NCBI RefSeq assembly: GCF_006345805.1
Contig: NC_043001.1
Location: 16,492,001 to 16,556,000, forward strand
Direction: 5' to 3'
DNA: 64,000 nt
Origin: Octopus sinensis
Lineage: Eukaryota
Shown: positions 1 through 10,612 of the stretch, in pieces
Layout of the letters: each line of letters opens with the position of its first letter
How positions within the stretch are numbered: position 1 is the first letter of the stretch
Program-made: the position numbers and the translations under genes
Notes under the pieces: model-generated
The model's input: the letters and a program-made list of their open reading frames with translations, nothing else
Databases searched by the model: none
What the model was told of the DNA's origin: nothing

Positions 1-169
1 TTCGTTGAAATTCCTAGGTGTAATAGCCGGGGAAGATCAATGATGGCGTTTTTGTATATCCACAGCCAAAAATTTAATTGTTTAAGAAATACAAATATTA
101 CATTTCAAGGCATGACGTTATAAACGTTTACAAAGGGAAATCTCTGATGAAAAATTGAAAAAAGCCCGA

Positions 170-935
170 TTAACTGTAAGAACAATGTATTTAAGTAGAA
201 TAACTGGTGCCTTAGAAATATAATGAAGATTGCTGGCGTGACTGGAAGCACTCCGTCGGTTACGACGACGAGGGTTCCGGTTGATCCGAATCAACGGAAC
301 AGCCTGCTCGTGAAATTAACGTGTAAGTGGCTGAGCACTCCACAGACACGTGTACCCTTAACGCAGTTCTCGGGGATATTCAGCGTGACACAGAGCGTGA
401 CAAGGCCGGCCCTTTGAAATACAGGTACAACAGAAACAGGAAGTAAGAGTGAGAGAAAGTTGTGGTGAAAGAGTACAGCAGGGATCACCACCATCCCCAG
501 CCGGAGCCTCGTGGAGCTTTAGGTGTTTTCGCTCAATAAACACTCACAACGCCCGGTCTGGGAATCGAAACCGCGATCCTACGACCGCGAGTCCGCTACC
601 CTAACCACTGGGCCATTGCGCCTCCACGCTGGCGTGACTACAGCACAAACGATGAAATCATGATAAGAGCTGGCCTAAGTAAACTGCATGATACCATCAC
701 AGATAGACAAAGGAAGCTGCTTGTGAATGTGTTACGCTTAACGTTGGAGAAACCGGTAAAGACTGCCGTTCAGTGGATAGTTAAAGGAAAAAGGAGAAAG
801 AGAGGCGGGGCGGTGAAGAAGGAGTAAACGACTGTGCAGAAGGACTTGACCGAAATGGGAGTCACCTGGGAAGAAGGGTGCAGTTTGGTTCAGAATGATA
901 CCACTTGGAGAACTCCCATCACCCGATGCTCTTTG
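170..935 (+). pseudogene. Decayed RTE-clade LINE 3' coding remnant, interrupted by a SINE at 244-627
   Basis: After removing the SINE and one TSD the frame reads WCLRNIMKIAGVT..TNDEIMIRAGLSKLHDTITDRQRKLL..KPVKTAVQW..KRRKRG..TTVQKDLTEMGVTWEEG..QNDTTWR, typical of an RTE ORF C-terminus; contains a stop codon. Confidence 0.65.
244..627 (-). mobile_element. tRNA-derived SINE (family A head + tail T1), full length with 12-bp TSD
   Basis: The minus strand starts GTGGAGGCGCAATGGCCCAGTGGTTAGG..GGTTTCGATTCCC (A and B boxes). TSD GCTGGCGTGACT at 232-243 and 628-639. Near-identical copies at 4637 and 56250. Confidence 0.9.
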
Positions 936-956
936 AAAAAACGGTGACTATCAGTT

Positions 957-1183
957 TTACTTGCCTCTGTCATTAGACTGCGGCCATGTCGGAGCACCGC
1001 CGTGAAGAATTTTTTAGTCTAATGAATCGATCCCAGGACTTATTTTTTAATGCCCGGAACTTTTCTATCGGTCATTTGGGTCAAATCACTAAGTTACGGA
1101 GACGTAAGCAAACCAACACACGTTGTCGGAGACAAAAACAGATGCAAAGATCGCACACACACACACACACACACACATACACA

Positions 1184-1232
<49 letters not shown>

Positions 1233-1400
1233 CAACGAGGGCTTCTTTTCAGTTACCGTCTACCAAATCCACTCACAAGGTTTTGGTCGACCCGACGCCA
1301 TTGTAGAAGACACTTTCCCAAGGTTCTACGGACTGGGACTGAACCCAGGTCCAGGTGGTTGGCAAGCAAACTTCTTACCATACAGCAACGCCTGCACCTG
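957..1400 (-). mobile_element. SINE family C (tRNA-like head, central CA/TA microsatellite, CR1-like 3' tail)
   Basis: Matches the family consensus seen more than 10 times in the window (CAGTTTCCGTCTACCAAATCCACTCACAAGG; GACTGCGGCCATGCTGGAGCACCGCC). Confidence 0.8.
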
Positions 1401-2041
1401 TTAAAAGAAACGAACAGCAATGTGACTGAGTACTTGCTTCATTGTTTGCGCACCAACACTTTAATGAATTCTCATGTTAGCATCAGGAAATGCTTCCAGC
1501 CTGACACTATCACGCAATCTCTTAAGACACACACACACATACATACCGAGATACATACGAATACATAACAAAATTAAAGAATAAAAGATTAAAAAAAGTT
1601 ATCCTCCAGCCTAATTAGGTCAGAGCTTGTCCTTATTTCCATGGTATAAGCGAGTTAGAGTACAAGGCCACGATTTGAAAAGAATGTCTGTCCCTCAAAG
1701 GGTTACCACTGTTGCTGTTATGCTACTAATTTACAGTTTAGTGACTTGAAACGATGTAAAATGAAGTGCCTTGCCCAAGGGCTCAACGTGCTGCCAGTTT
1801 GGGAATCGAAACCACGGGCTTATGATCGGGAGTCCAGTAATCTATTCACTAAGACATGCGCCATCACACACACGCGCACGTACACATTTACGTGCGCGCA
1901 CCCCCCTTCCACAAACACATTAAAATTCGGTGAACATAAAGACGGACAAAATGCCGCCAAACATTTTGTTCGGAGTGCTAAAGATTCTGTCAGTTCGCCG
2001 CCTTATTAATAATTATTATAAATCCACTGTCGGGGCGTCCG

Positions 2042-2306
2042 ATGAGAAGAACCACCAACACAACCTGTGCCACCAACGCCATTACTACACCACCACCACC
2101 ACCACCACCACCACCACCAGCACTGCCTTCGCCACCATCGCCTTCGCCACTATCGCCTTCGCCACTATCGCCTTCGCCACCACCACCAACAACAGCCGTT
2201 CAACAGTTTGGACCTGGAGATCTCCATTTCCAGCGACTTCGAGGGCCACCTCCCAGTGGTGTCGGGCGTCAACGAAGAGCCCTCGACTACAACAAGACGA
2301 CCAAAG
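2042..2306 (+). CDS. Possible coding exon, GC-rich low-complexity island (Pro-rich or His-rich depending on frame); unassigned
   Basis: Unique GC-rich sequence with an (ACC)n run and a 15-bp repeat (CCTTCGCCACTATCG), open in several frames. No convincing splice sites or recognisable domain. Confidence 0.25.
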
Positions 2307-2388
2307 TTTTTTTTTTTTCCAAGGTCTGGGGTATCCTGCCCCTAGGCCCTATACCATCACCTAATCATCCTTACCCGTCTTGTTGCTT

Positions 2389-2428
<40 letters not shown>

Positions 2429-3207
2429 CAACAACAACAACAACAACCACCACCAACAACAATAACAGCAACTACTACAACGATATTTAATTTGGACAAT
2501 GAACCGGATTTGTACTTGCTTCTGTCTCTGATCAAAGGGGTTTATAGCGTTAATCGAACATCGAATCTTAACCAATCATGTGATTCTCTTAATTGCCATA
2601 AGAGCTTGATACATCCATTGAGTGCACCACTTCTTTTGAGAAGCATTTTTCTAAGAGGACACTTAACAGTATTTCAACAGTTGTATTCGAGCAAGTGTGG
2701 CTTCACGTTCCAGTATATATCATCACAGCAGAAAATAATTTGAAAATGTATGAATCCTACGCTCAAACTCTGAGTAATGGGTAACGGCTCCATCAATAAC
2801 ACGCACAGGCGTGTGCACACATACCTATACATGCATATCACACACTTATATGCATAACATATTCATATATATGAATACACACACACACAAACACACACAC
2901 ACACACACACACATAATTTTCTGTGTATATATATAGATACTTCCAAACACATGATTCTTAATGAAATCCTAATATTCTTTATGAACGTTTTAATATTTTC
3001 TCAAGATTTTTCCTTTAAACTGTTTTTAACATTTTCTTATTATTATCAAAGAAAATATTTCTCCGGCGTTCACTATTTTCCCATCGTTCTTGTCTAACGA
3101 CCCTCCATGTTTGTTTTCGTTCAATTTCCTTGTATGTCTCCACCGTCCTGTTTCTGTTCTTAACTTTGACCCTCCATAAATACCAAATTCTATTTTGGTA
3201 TTTGTGG

Positions 3208-3290
3208 GAGCAACTGTTTTCGAAGACTCATATTGTCGTTGATTGCTCGAAATGGAGAGTAGATAGACAACCGAAAACTGATGAAGGGTC
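3208..3290 (+). ncRNA. Decayed hammerhead-like motif, same permuted strand order as 8343-8405
   Basis: CTGATGA at 3278-3284; stem I TTTTCG(3217-22)/CGAAAA(3272-77); stem II GACTC(3225-29)/GGGTC(3286-90); stem III GAGCAA(3208-13)/TTGCTC(3243-48). The GAAA is misplaced and the triplet is CTG, so probably inactive. Confidence 0.35.
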
Positions 3291-3419
3291 GTTCTTTGTG
3301 TTACTTGGCCTGTTTTCCATTTGTATCTCTCGTTGTTTGCGTATTGAACTCATTTGTTTTCGTATTTCATGTTGTTTACTGTTGGCGACGTCCTGTACCC
3401 ATATATGCATATATATATA

Positions 3420-3630
3420 AAACTGGATCTCTTCCTGTCAGGTGTCCCAGATGAACCAAATTCACGGCAAGAGGTGCAGATGAGGGCTGCTGCATCGAAC
3501 TCTCTCATGCACGAAATGGCAATTGCTAAAAAGCATTCGTGAAGTAAAATCATGTAGCAACACCAAATGGCGGTGCCCCAGCATGGCCACAGCTCGTGAG
3601 CTGAAACTAGATAAAATAAAATAAATAAAT
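3420..3630 (+). mobile_element. CR1-group LINE 3' end (5'-truncated)
   Basis: KLDLFLSGVPDEPNSRQEVQMRAAASNSLMHEMAIAKKHS-stop, followed by a short 3' UTR and (TAAAA)n tail; longer copy at 60645-60945. Confidence 0.75.
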
Positions 3631-3658
3631 AAGTATATATTATATATATATGTATACA

Positions 3659-3694
<36 letters not shown>

Positions 3695-4254
3695 TGTATT
3701 TATGTATGTATGCATGTGTGTGTGTATGCATGTATGTATGTATGTATTATATGATGTAGCTTCTGTGCAATTTTTGATGCCAATCTTGAGATTATTATTA
3801 ATTGCTTTTCAGAATCTACGCAATACTAAACTGGAAACTGTATATAACCAAAACTGGGGTACCCTTGCAGGCCTAAGCTACCACTTATCCAAGTAATTTA
3901 ATGATATTAGTAAACAACACCACCCTGGAGGATGACGCAAAGTTTAGCAATGCTGGTAACCAGAGTTTCACAAAGATAAGTGTTGGTAATGAGAATCATG
4001 GGAGGCAGAATAGTAGAATCAGTAGAGCGTCAAACTGAAGGATTTGTGGTATACGGTTACGTCCCTTTACGCGAAGAATTAAAATTCCGACGATTTTCTT
4101 TGGAAACATTTCGGGGGTCGATGAAATAAGTATCTATCCATAAGTGACAGAGGTCGATTAAATAAATATTTATAGTGCTCCAGCATGGCCCCAGTCTATT
4201 CAGTAAAGCGTTAAAAGAATAATAAAATAATCATTATAATAATGATGTGAATAT

Positions 4255-5370
4255 TCCATCTTAATGCGTTCTAGCAGATTCGAACTTGAAAATGCTTAGC
4301 GCTGTGGAAATTTGGCTACAGAGAACAAACTATTCATTTCAAACAACACGTGTTCATAACACCCTTAATTCATTGGGGTAGGGGATTTGAGACACAGGGT
4401 ATTTCGACCAGGGTGTGCCTCTGTTGCCAAAGCTACTTCTGGATCGATGAAACTAAACATGAATTTTGGTTCTTGTTTACAGAAATCAGCAAAAAAGTTA
4501 TTTGCTGGCGCGTGCTGATGTCTGCCAACCCGACAATAAATCGACAGGAGAACAATGTAATTCAGAACAGTGAGGAATGTATCTACTCTTAATTTATTCA
4601 GGCAAATTCGAACGTGAATATGCTAGACGCTGTTGTGGAAGCACTCCGTCGGTTACGACGACGAGGGTTCCGGTTGATCCGATCAACGGAACAGCCTGCT
4701 CGTGAAATTAACGTGTAAGTGGCTGAACACTCCACAGACACGTGTACCCTTAACGTAGTTCTCGGGGATATTCAGCGTGACACAGAGAATGACAAGGCCG
4801 GCCCTTTGAAATACAGGTACAACAGAAACAGGAAGTAAGAGTGAGAGAAAGTTGTAGTGAAAGAGTACAGCAGGGATCACCACCATCCCTGCCGGAGCCT
4901 CGTGGAGCTTTAGGTGTTTTCGCTCAATAAACACTCACAACGCCCGGTCTGGGAATCGAAACCGCGATCCTACGACTGCGAGTCCGCTACCCTAACCACT
5001 GAGCCATTGCGCCTCCACAGACGCTGTTGTAGTTTGTTCGTGGAGGACGTCTTTCAGATAAAATATGTTCACAACACATACGATTATTAAAGTAAAGGGA
5101 CTTTGGGACACCACGATGTTTCGACCTGGGTGCGTCTCTTCAGTTGAAGCTACCTCCAGATCAATGAATCTAAACAAAAAATTTTCTTCTTGCTTATAGA
5201 AATCAGCTAACAAATTATATACTGATGTGTGACTGATACCCGCCAAACTAATAATTAATTGGCACAGAAAACAGCACAAATCAAAACAACGATGGAAATA
5301 TTCATTCTTAATTCGTTCCGATAAATTCGAACGTGAATTTGCTAATCGCTGTTGTATTTTGTCTGCAACT
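4255..5370. repeat. Diverged tandem repeat, unit about 326 bp, at least 2.3 copies, with a SINE inserted
   Basis: The anchor TTCGAAC(T/G)TGAA recurs at about 4279, 4607 and 5326; spacing is 328 and 325 bp after removing the SINE plus TSD. Internal blocks align. Confidence 0.7.
4637..5018 (-). mobile_element. tRNA-derived SINE (A head + T1 tail) with 12-bp TSD
   Basis: TSD AGACGCTGTTGT at 4625-4636 and 5019-5030. Confidence 0.9.
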
Positions 5371-5529
5371 TCCGCTTTCAGACAATATGAGTTCATATCA
5401 AGGCCTTTTATTCAGATAAGGATCAAGGATTCCATAATCTAGCGTTATAGTTTCGTAAATAAAACACTAGAATTTTTTACTGATTTGATTCATGTTATAA
5501 AATGGAAGTTATACATTCCACCGCGCATG

Positions 5530-5685
<156 letters not shown>

Positions 5686-5705
5686 TTATATGATGATAAT
5701 GGAAA

Positions 5706-6161
5706 AGTACCAGATTTGCTAGAGGCAGAAGTGAAATGACCTCGGAAACGACTGAGAGCTTACTTTACGAACAAGCATGGTGAAAATGAGACAAAGAATA
5801 AAAATTAGGCGCTTATCTTAGCGGCTTTGAATTAAACATTCTTCTCCGAGAGAAGTCAAATTTGAACCTATTCCCCTCACTATGCTTGCTTAGAGTACCA
5901 GTTTTGTTAGAGATAGAAGTCAAATGACCTCGGAGTCCATAGAAAGCTAATTTTACGAACAAGCATGATGAAAATCGGGCAGAGAATAAAAATTAGGCTC
6001 TTCCTTTTGCGAAGCTTGGTATCGGTTTCGGGCACTGAATTAAACATTTTTATCCCATCTTCAGTTAAGCTTGCCGTTAGAAAAGTCAAATTTAAACATA
6101 TTCCCCTCAACATGCTTGCTTCCGAGATCATTTGACTTCCATCTCTAGCAAAGCTGGTACT
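5706..6161. mobile_element. Small element with about 42-bp inverted ends and an internal tandem duplication; carries a hammerhead-like remnant
   Basis: AGTACCAGATTTGCTAGAGGCAGAAGTGAAATGACCTCGGAA (5706) versus its inverse TTCCGAGATCATTTGACTTCCATCTCTAGCAAAGCTGGTACT (ends 6161); a direct copy of the left end restarts at about 5893. Confidence 0.65.
6012..6072 (-). ncRNA. Degenerate type I hammerhead-like motif (Penelope-type minimal)
   Basis: Minus strand AAGCTT-AA-CTGAAGA-T-GGG..CCC-GAAA-CCGATA-CC-AAGCTT; mismatches next to the core in stems I and III. Confidence 0.35.
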
Positions 6162-6255
6162 CTTTCAGGGCCAGCATATTTTTTAAACTTGCCTACACGG
6201 TTCACGCTTTGAACAGCCACTAATATTATTAATAATATACTTGTGTGTATATATC

Positions 6256-6541
6256 ACCGATCACCGTAACCGACTAGGCTATCAGATGTTTATACACATC
6301 GCTGGTCACAATGTGCTTCGCATTGTTTTAGCCTTCAAATGACGCCACCCCGCTGGCTAAGCGAGCAGGCCAACAGAAGAAAGAGAGAAAGTTGTGGCGA
6401 AAGAGTACAATAGGGGTCGTCACCACCCCCTGCCGGAGCCTCGTGGAGCTTTAGGTGTTTTCGCTCAATAAACACTTACAACACCCGGTCGGGGAATCGA
6501 AACCGCGATCCTACAACCGCGAGTCCGCGGCCCTAATCACT
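6256..6541 (-). mobile_element. tRNA-derived SINE (A head + tail T3), head clipped
   Basis: Family A head and body; the tail ends GATCGGTGATATATA and matches 24799-25097. Confidence 0.8.
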
Positions 6542-6821
6542 GCTGGTAGAATACCCAATTAATACACAAGTGTTTTTTATTGCATTGAAATTACATTACC
6601 TAGTGTACTAAATGGGTGAAGTTAGAGATATTTTACTATTAATTTATAGAGCAATAAGAAAATGGAGGGGATCAATAGGTGGTTCATCAACTGTTAGACT
6701 GTCAGTTTAGTAAATAAATAAATAAGTTAACATAGTATAATGACTAAAAGTTGATGAACCACCTATTGATCCCCTCCATTTTCTTATTGCTCTCTCTCTC
6801 TCTATATATATATACATGTGT

Positions 6822-6886
<65 letters not shown>

Positions 6887-6895
6887 TATACAGAC

Positions 6896-6948
<53 letters not shown>

Positions 6949-6974
6949 CTATGTATTTATCTATTTATTGGATA

Positions 6975-7008
6975 GGTTTCGATCATGCTTGTGACCATCC
7001 TCAGAGTC
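6975..7008 (-). ncRNA. Partial hammerhead-like core (CUGAGGA - stem II - GAAAC)
   Basis: Minus strand CTGAGGA-T-GGTCA-CAAGCA-TGATC-GAAAC; stems I and III not recoverable. Confidence 0.3.
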
Positions 7009-7537
7009 GTTGTGTGAATGTAAATATTAATGTGTCAGTCAGCGATTGAATGTAAACAGGAAAAGGTTCGCTTATGAAAATCTGACGCGAATCAAGCAAA
7101 TTGCATTTTAGATATAATCAAATGGTTCAGGGTATATGACCATTGAAGAAGATATTTTAGAGGATGGATACATTTCAAAGCAAAGAACATTAAACGCTAT
7201 TTCTGATACCGTTGAAAGAGTCGAACCGGCTTAAATTTAGAGGAAATGTTATATTCGTATTAAAAAATATATATTATGTGTAATATTTCTCGGGGTTCTA
7301 TGTCCTGACTTTAGGAATAAACTCTGACGTAAAGAAACTAAAGTAAACTGCGTCATAAAGAATATCCTTAGTTCAATATTAAACTACTTAACCGAATTTC
7401 TAGTGTGTTTGTGGTTTGTTCGAACACACATGCGTAAATGATTTTATCTGTTCGGATTACATATAATGTTTACACATAAAGATACACAACGGGCTCACAA
7501 ATACGCTCACACATGCATTTATATCCTCTTCCTAATG

Positions 7538-7628
<91 letters not shown>

Positions 7629-7647
7629 ATATATATATATATATATA

Positions 7648-8044
7648 GGCGCAGGAGTGGCTGTGTGGTAAGTAGCTTGCTAACCAACCGGGTTCTGTCC
7701 CACTGCGTGGCATCTTGGACAAGTGTCTTCTGCTATAGCCCCGGGCCGACCAATGCCTTGTGAGTGAATTTGGTAGACGGAAACTGAAAGAAGCCTGTCG
7801 TATATATGTATAGTGTGTGTGTATATGTTTGTGTGTCTGTGTTTGTCCTCCCAACATCGCTTAACAACCGATGCTGGTGTGTTTACGTCTCCGTCACTTA
7901 GCGGTTCGGCATAAGAGACCGATAGCATAAGTACTGGGCTTACAAAGAATAAGTCCCGGGGTCGATTTACTCGACTAAAGGCGGTGCTCCAGCATGGCCG
8001 CAGTCACATGACTGAAACAAGTAAAAGAGTAAAGAGTAAAAGAG
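7648..8044 (+). mobile_element. SINE family C, full length
   Basis: GGCGCAGGAGTGGCTGTGTGG head through CAGTCACATGACTGAAACAAG(TAAAAGAG)n tail. Confidence 0.85.
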
Positions 8045-8209
8045 TATATATATATATATATAAAAGCATACTGGGAGAAAGGAAAGAAACGAAACGAAAC
8101 GACGCGAGGGCGCTCAGTCATACAATAATGTAATAAATAAAATATATGCATACATACAAACATATATGTACGTACCTACATCTACATGTATATATACATG
8201 CATATATAA

Positions 8210-8468
8210 ATATACATACGTGAGTACAGGACACCACAAATAGACGTAGAACTCAACGAGAAGCGAAAACATAAAAACAAGGGAACGGACTTTTTTTAAC
8301 AACGAAAAAACAGAACACAGGACAAACAACACAAGGAACATTCCCCTTCATCAGCTGTCCCCGGTTCGACTCCATGCGTGTTTCGAAGGTAAGGACAGGA
8401 CACGCTCGTCGGACCGGTCCTTCCTGCGAGGGAATTAAATAAAATTCCCTTGCAGAGGGGTAAAAACA

Positions 8469-8470
<2 letters not shown>
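8210..8470 (-). mobile_element. About 260-bp repeat embedded in (TA)n, carrying the permuted hammerhead motif
   Basis: Bounded by TA-rich microsatellite on both sides; layout shared with about 3170-3410 (CTGATGAAGGG..TTC(C/T)TTGTGTT..GTCCTGTAC(T/C)CA..TATG). Confidence 0.55.
8343..8405 (-). ncRNA. Candidate hammerhead ribozyme with non-circularly permuted strand order
   Basis: Minus strand GCGTGT-C-CTGTCC-TTA-CCTTC-GAAA-CACGC-(15 nt)-GGACAG-CTGATGA-AGGGG: GUC triplet, 6-bp stem III, 6-bp stem I (8 with GU), about 4-bp stem II, intact CUGAUGA and GAAA. Confidence 0.6.
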
Positions 8471-8537
<67 letters not shown>

Positions 8538-8609
8538 ATATATATATATCATCAGGCAATAATCTGCGTCGGTAAGACTTGAAAAAATATAGAAAAAAGT
8601 AAAAAGTGA

Positions 8610-8800
8610 GCTGCAAGAGGAAAGAGTGAGAGAAAGTTGTGGCGAAAGTTTCAGCAGAAGTTCGCCTTTACCGTCTGCCGGGGCCGCGTGGAGCTTAGGT
8701 GTTTCGCACATAAGCACACACATCGCCCGGTCTGAGATTCGAACCCGCAATCCCTCGGCCGCGAGTCCGCCGCTCTAACCACTAGGCCACGTACCTCCAC
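8610..8800 (-). mobile_element. Family A SINE head and body, tail missing
   Basis: GTGGAGGTACGTGGCCTAGTGGTTAGAG..GGTTCGAATCTCAG on the minus strand. Confidence 0.75.
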
Positions 8801-9326
8801 GGTTCTTGATAATACTCCCATTAAACTCCCTCTTGAGCGTACTCGAGCCGCTAGAGGAACACACAACCAGCAGGAGGCTATTACATAGAATTAAGAGCAC
8901 AACTAGTGTGAGAGAGTAAAATAAAGTATGGTGTAAACCCTTCTTTTATTTCATTTTTGTTACAAAAGCTTCTGCGATCGATAATAAAGATTGTTGAATA
9001 ATCACAAATTATAAAGTTCAATGTATGAAGAATATTCAATCCTATCGTTCAAGAATCGCGTCAACAGACAAGGTGATGTGTGTGTGTGTGTGTGTGTGTG
9101 TGTCTGTGTGTGTGTGATTACGCGCGCGCGTGTGTGTACATATGTACGTTGACACCCCCCCCACATATATATATATATATATATGTACATATGAACACAC
9201 ACGTTATATATGTATATATACATATGTGTGTATATATAAATATGTATATAAATACACATACACATTCATATATATGCATATATATATGTGTGCGTGTGTA
9301 TGTGTATATAAATAGTTACATTCATA

Positions 9327-9404
<78 letters not shown>

Positions 9405-9815
9405 ATATGTGTGTGTATGTACACACATACACGCACATATAATATAGGGCGTTCAATTTTCGGTAAACTCTTCAATATTTACGATCTCAGATGGTCACTT
9501 TATGTACGTCAGAATGAAAATTACGGGGAAGACAAGGGAAGGTAGAAATGTCAAAATATTTCTCTGACCTAAGAACTTTACGTTTCGTCTCTCTCTAAAT
9601 ATAATTAATTCTATTGTAATACGTTTGGCGAGGGCTGAACAGTAGGAAATGAACACTCACTGAACTGAGACCACGAACCGGTTTTGTTTCCTGGGTGTTG
9701 CCCTTTTGAACACAATTCCTTTGTTGTCTTTGATTAGCCACCAGCCCCTTCATCCTCTACCACTATGATCACAACTCTGCTGGAATGTGCTTCGCTCGCA
9801 ATCATCTCGTCTTTA

Positions 9816-10354
9816 CAGTCGTGGCCAAAAGTTCGGAACACTCTCTTTTACTCTTTTACTTGTTTCAGTCATCTGACTGCGGCCATACTGGAGCACCGCC
9901 TTTAGTCGAGCAAATCTACCCCCAGGACTTATTCTTTGTAAGCCTAGTACTTATTCTATCGGTCTCTTTTTGCCCAACCGCTATGTTACGGGGACGTAAA
10001 CACACCACCATCGGTTGTCCAGCGATGTTGGGAGGACAAACATAGAAACACAAACATATACACACACATAATACATCAAATCCACTCACAAGGGTTTGGT
10101 CTTACCGAGGCTATAGTAGAAGACACTTGTTTTTAAAAATTGAAATTGTTATTCCCAAGTACAATTCAATTTAAATGTATAAACGTAGAAATAGTTTTAC
10201 CTAATAACTAAGCCAATGGTTCAATATCTTGTAATTGAACCATTGAATCCGTTATGAGGTAAAAATATTTCTACGTTGTTTAATTTAAGTCGAATTGCAG
10301 TTGGGAATAACAATTGTAATTTTTAAAAACGTTCCAAACTTTTGGCCCCGACTT
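9816..10354. mobile_element. Tc1-like MITE with long inverted arms and TA TSD, interrupted by a family C SINE (about 9843-10125)
   Basis: TA-CAGTCGTGGCCAAAAGTTCGGAAC ... GTTCCAAACTTTTGGCCCCGACTT-TA; internal arms about 10140-10225 and 10235-10318 are reverse complements. Confidence 0.7.
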
Positions 10355-10384
10355 TATGTATATTCAGGATTATATTTATTTCTT

Positions 10385-10612
10385 TATTACCCACAAAGGG
10401 CTAAACATAGAGGGGTCAAATAAGGACAGATAAACGGATTTAGTCGATTACATCGACCCCAATGATTAACTGGTACTTATTTAGTCGACCCCGAAAGGAT
10501 GAAAGGCAAAGTCGACCTCGGCGGAATTTGAACTCAGAACGTAACGGCAGACAAAATACGGCTACACATTTTGCCCGGCGTGCTAACGCTCCTGCCAGCT
10601 CGCCGCCTTATA
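10385..10612 (-). mobile_element. SINE family B
   Basis: AGGCGGCGAGCTGGCAG..GAGTTCAAATTCCGCCGAGGTCGACTTTGCCTTTCATCCTTTCGGGGTCG on the minus strand. Confidence 0.8.

Noticed and set aside
545-627. tRNA gene calls at SINE heads
   Set aside because: A and B boxes are present, but each head runs into a SINE body, often with TSDs; no complete cloverleaf with a proper acceptor stem was seen.
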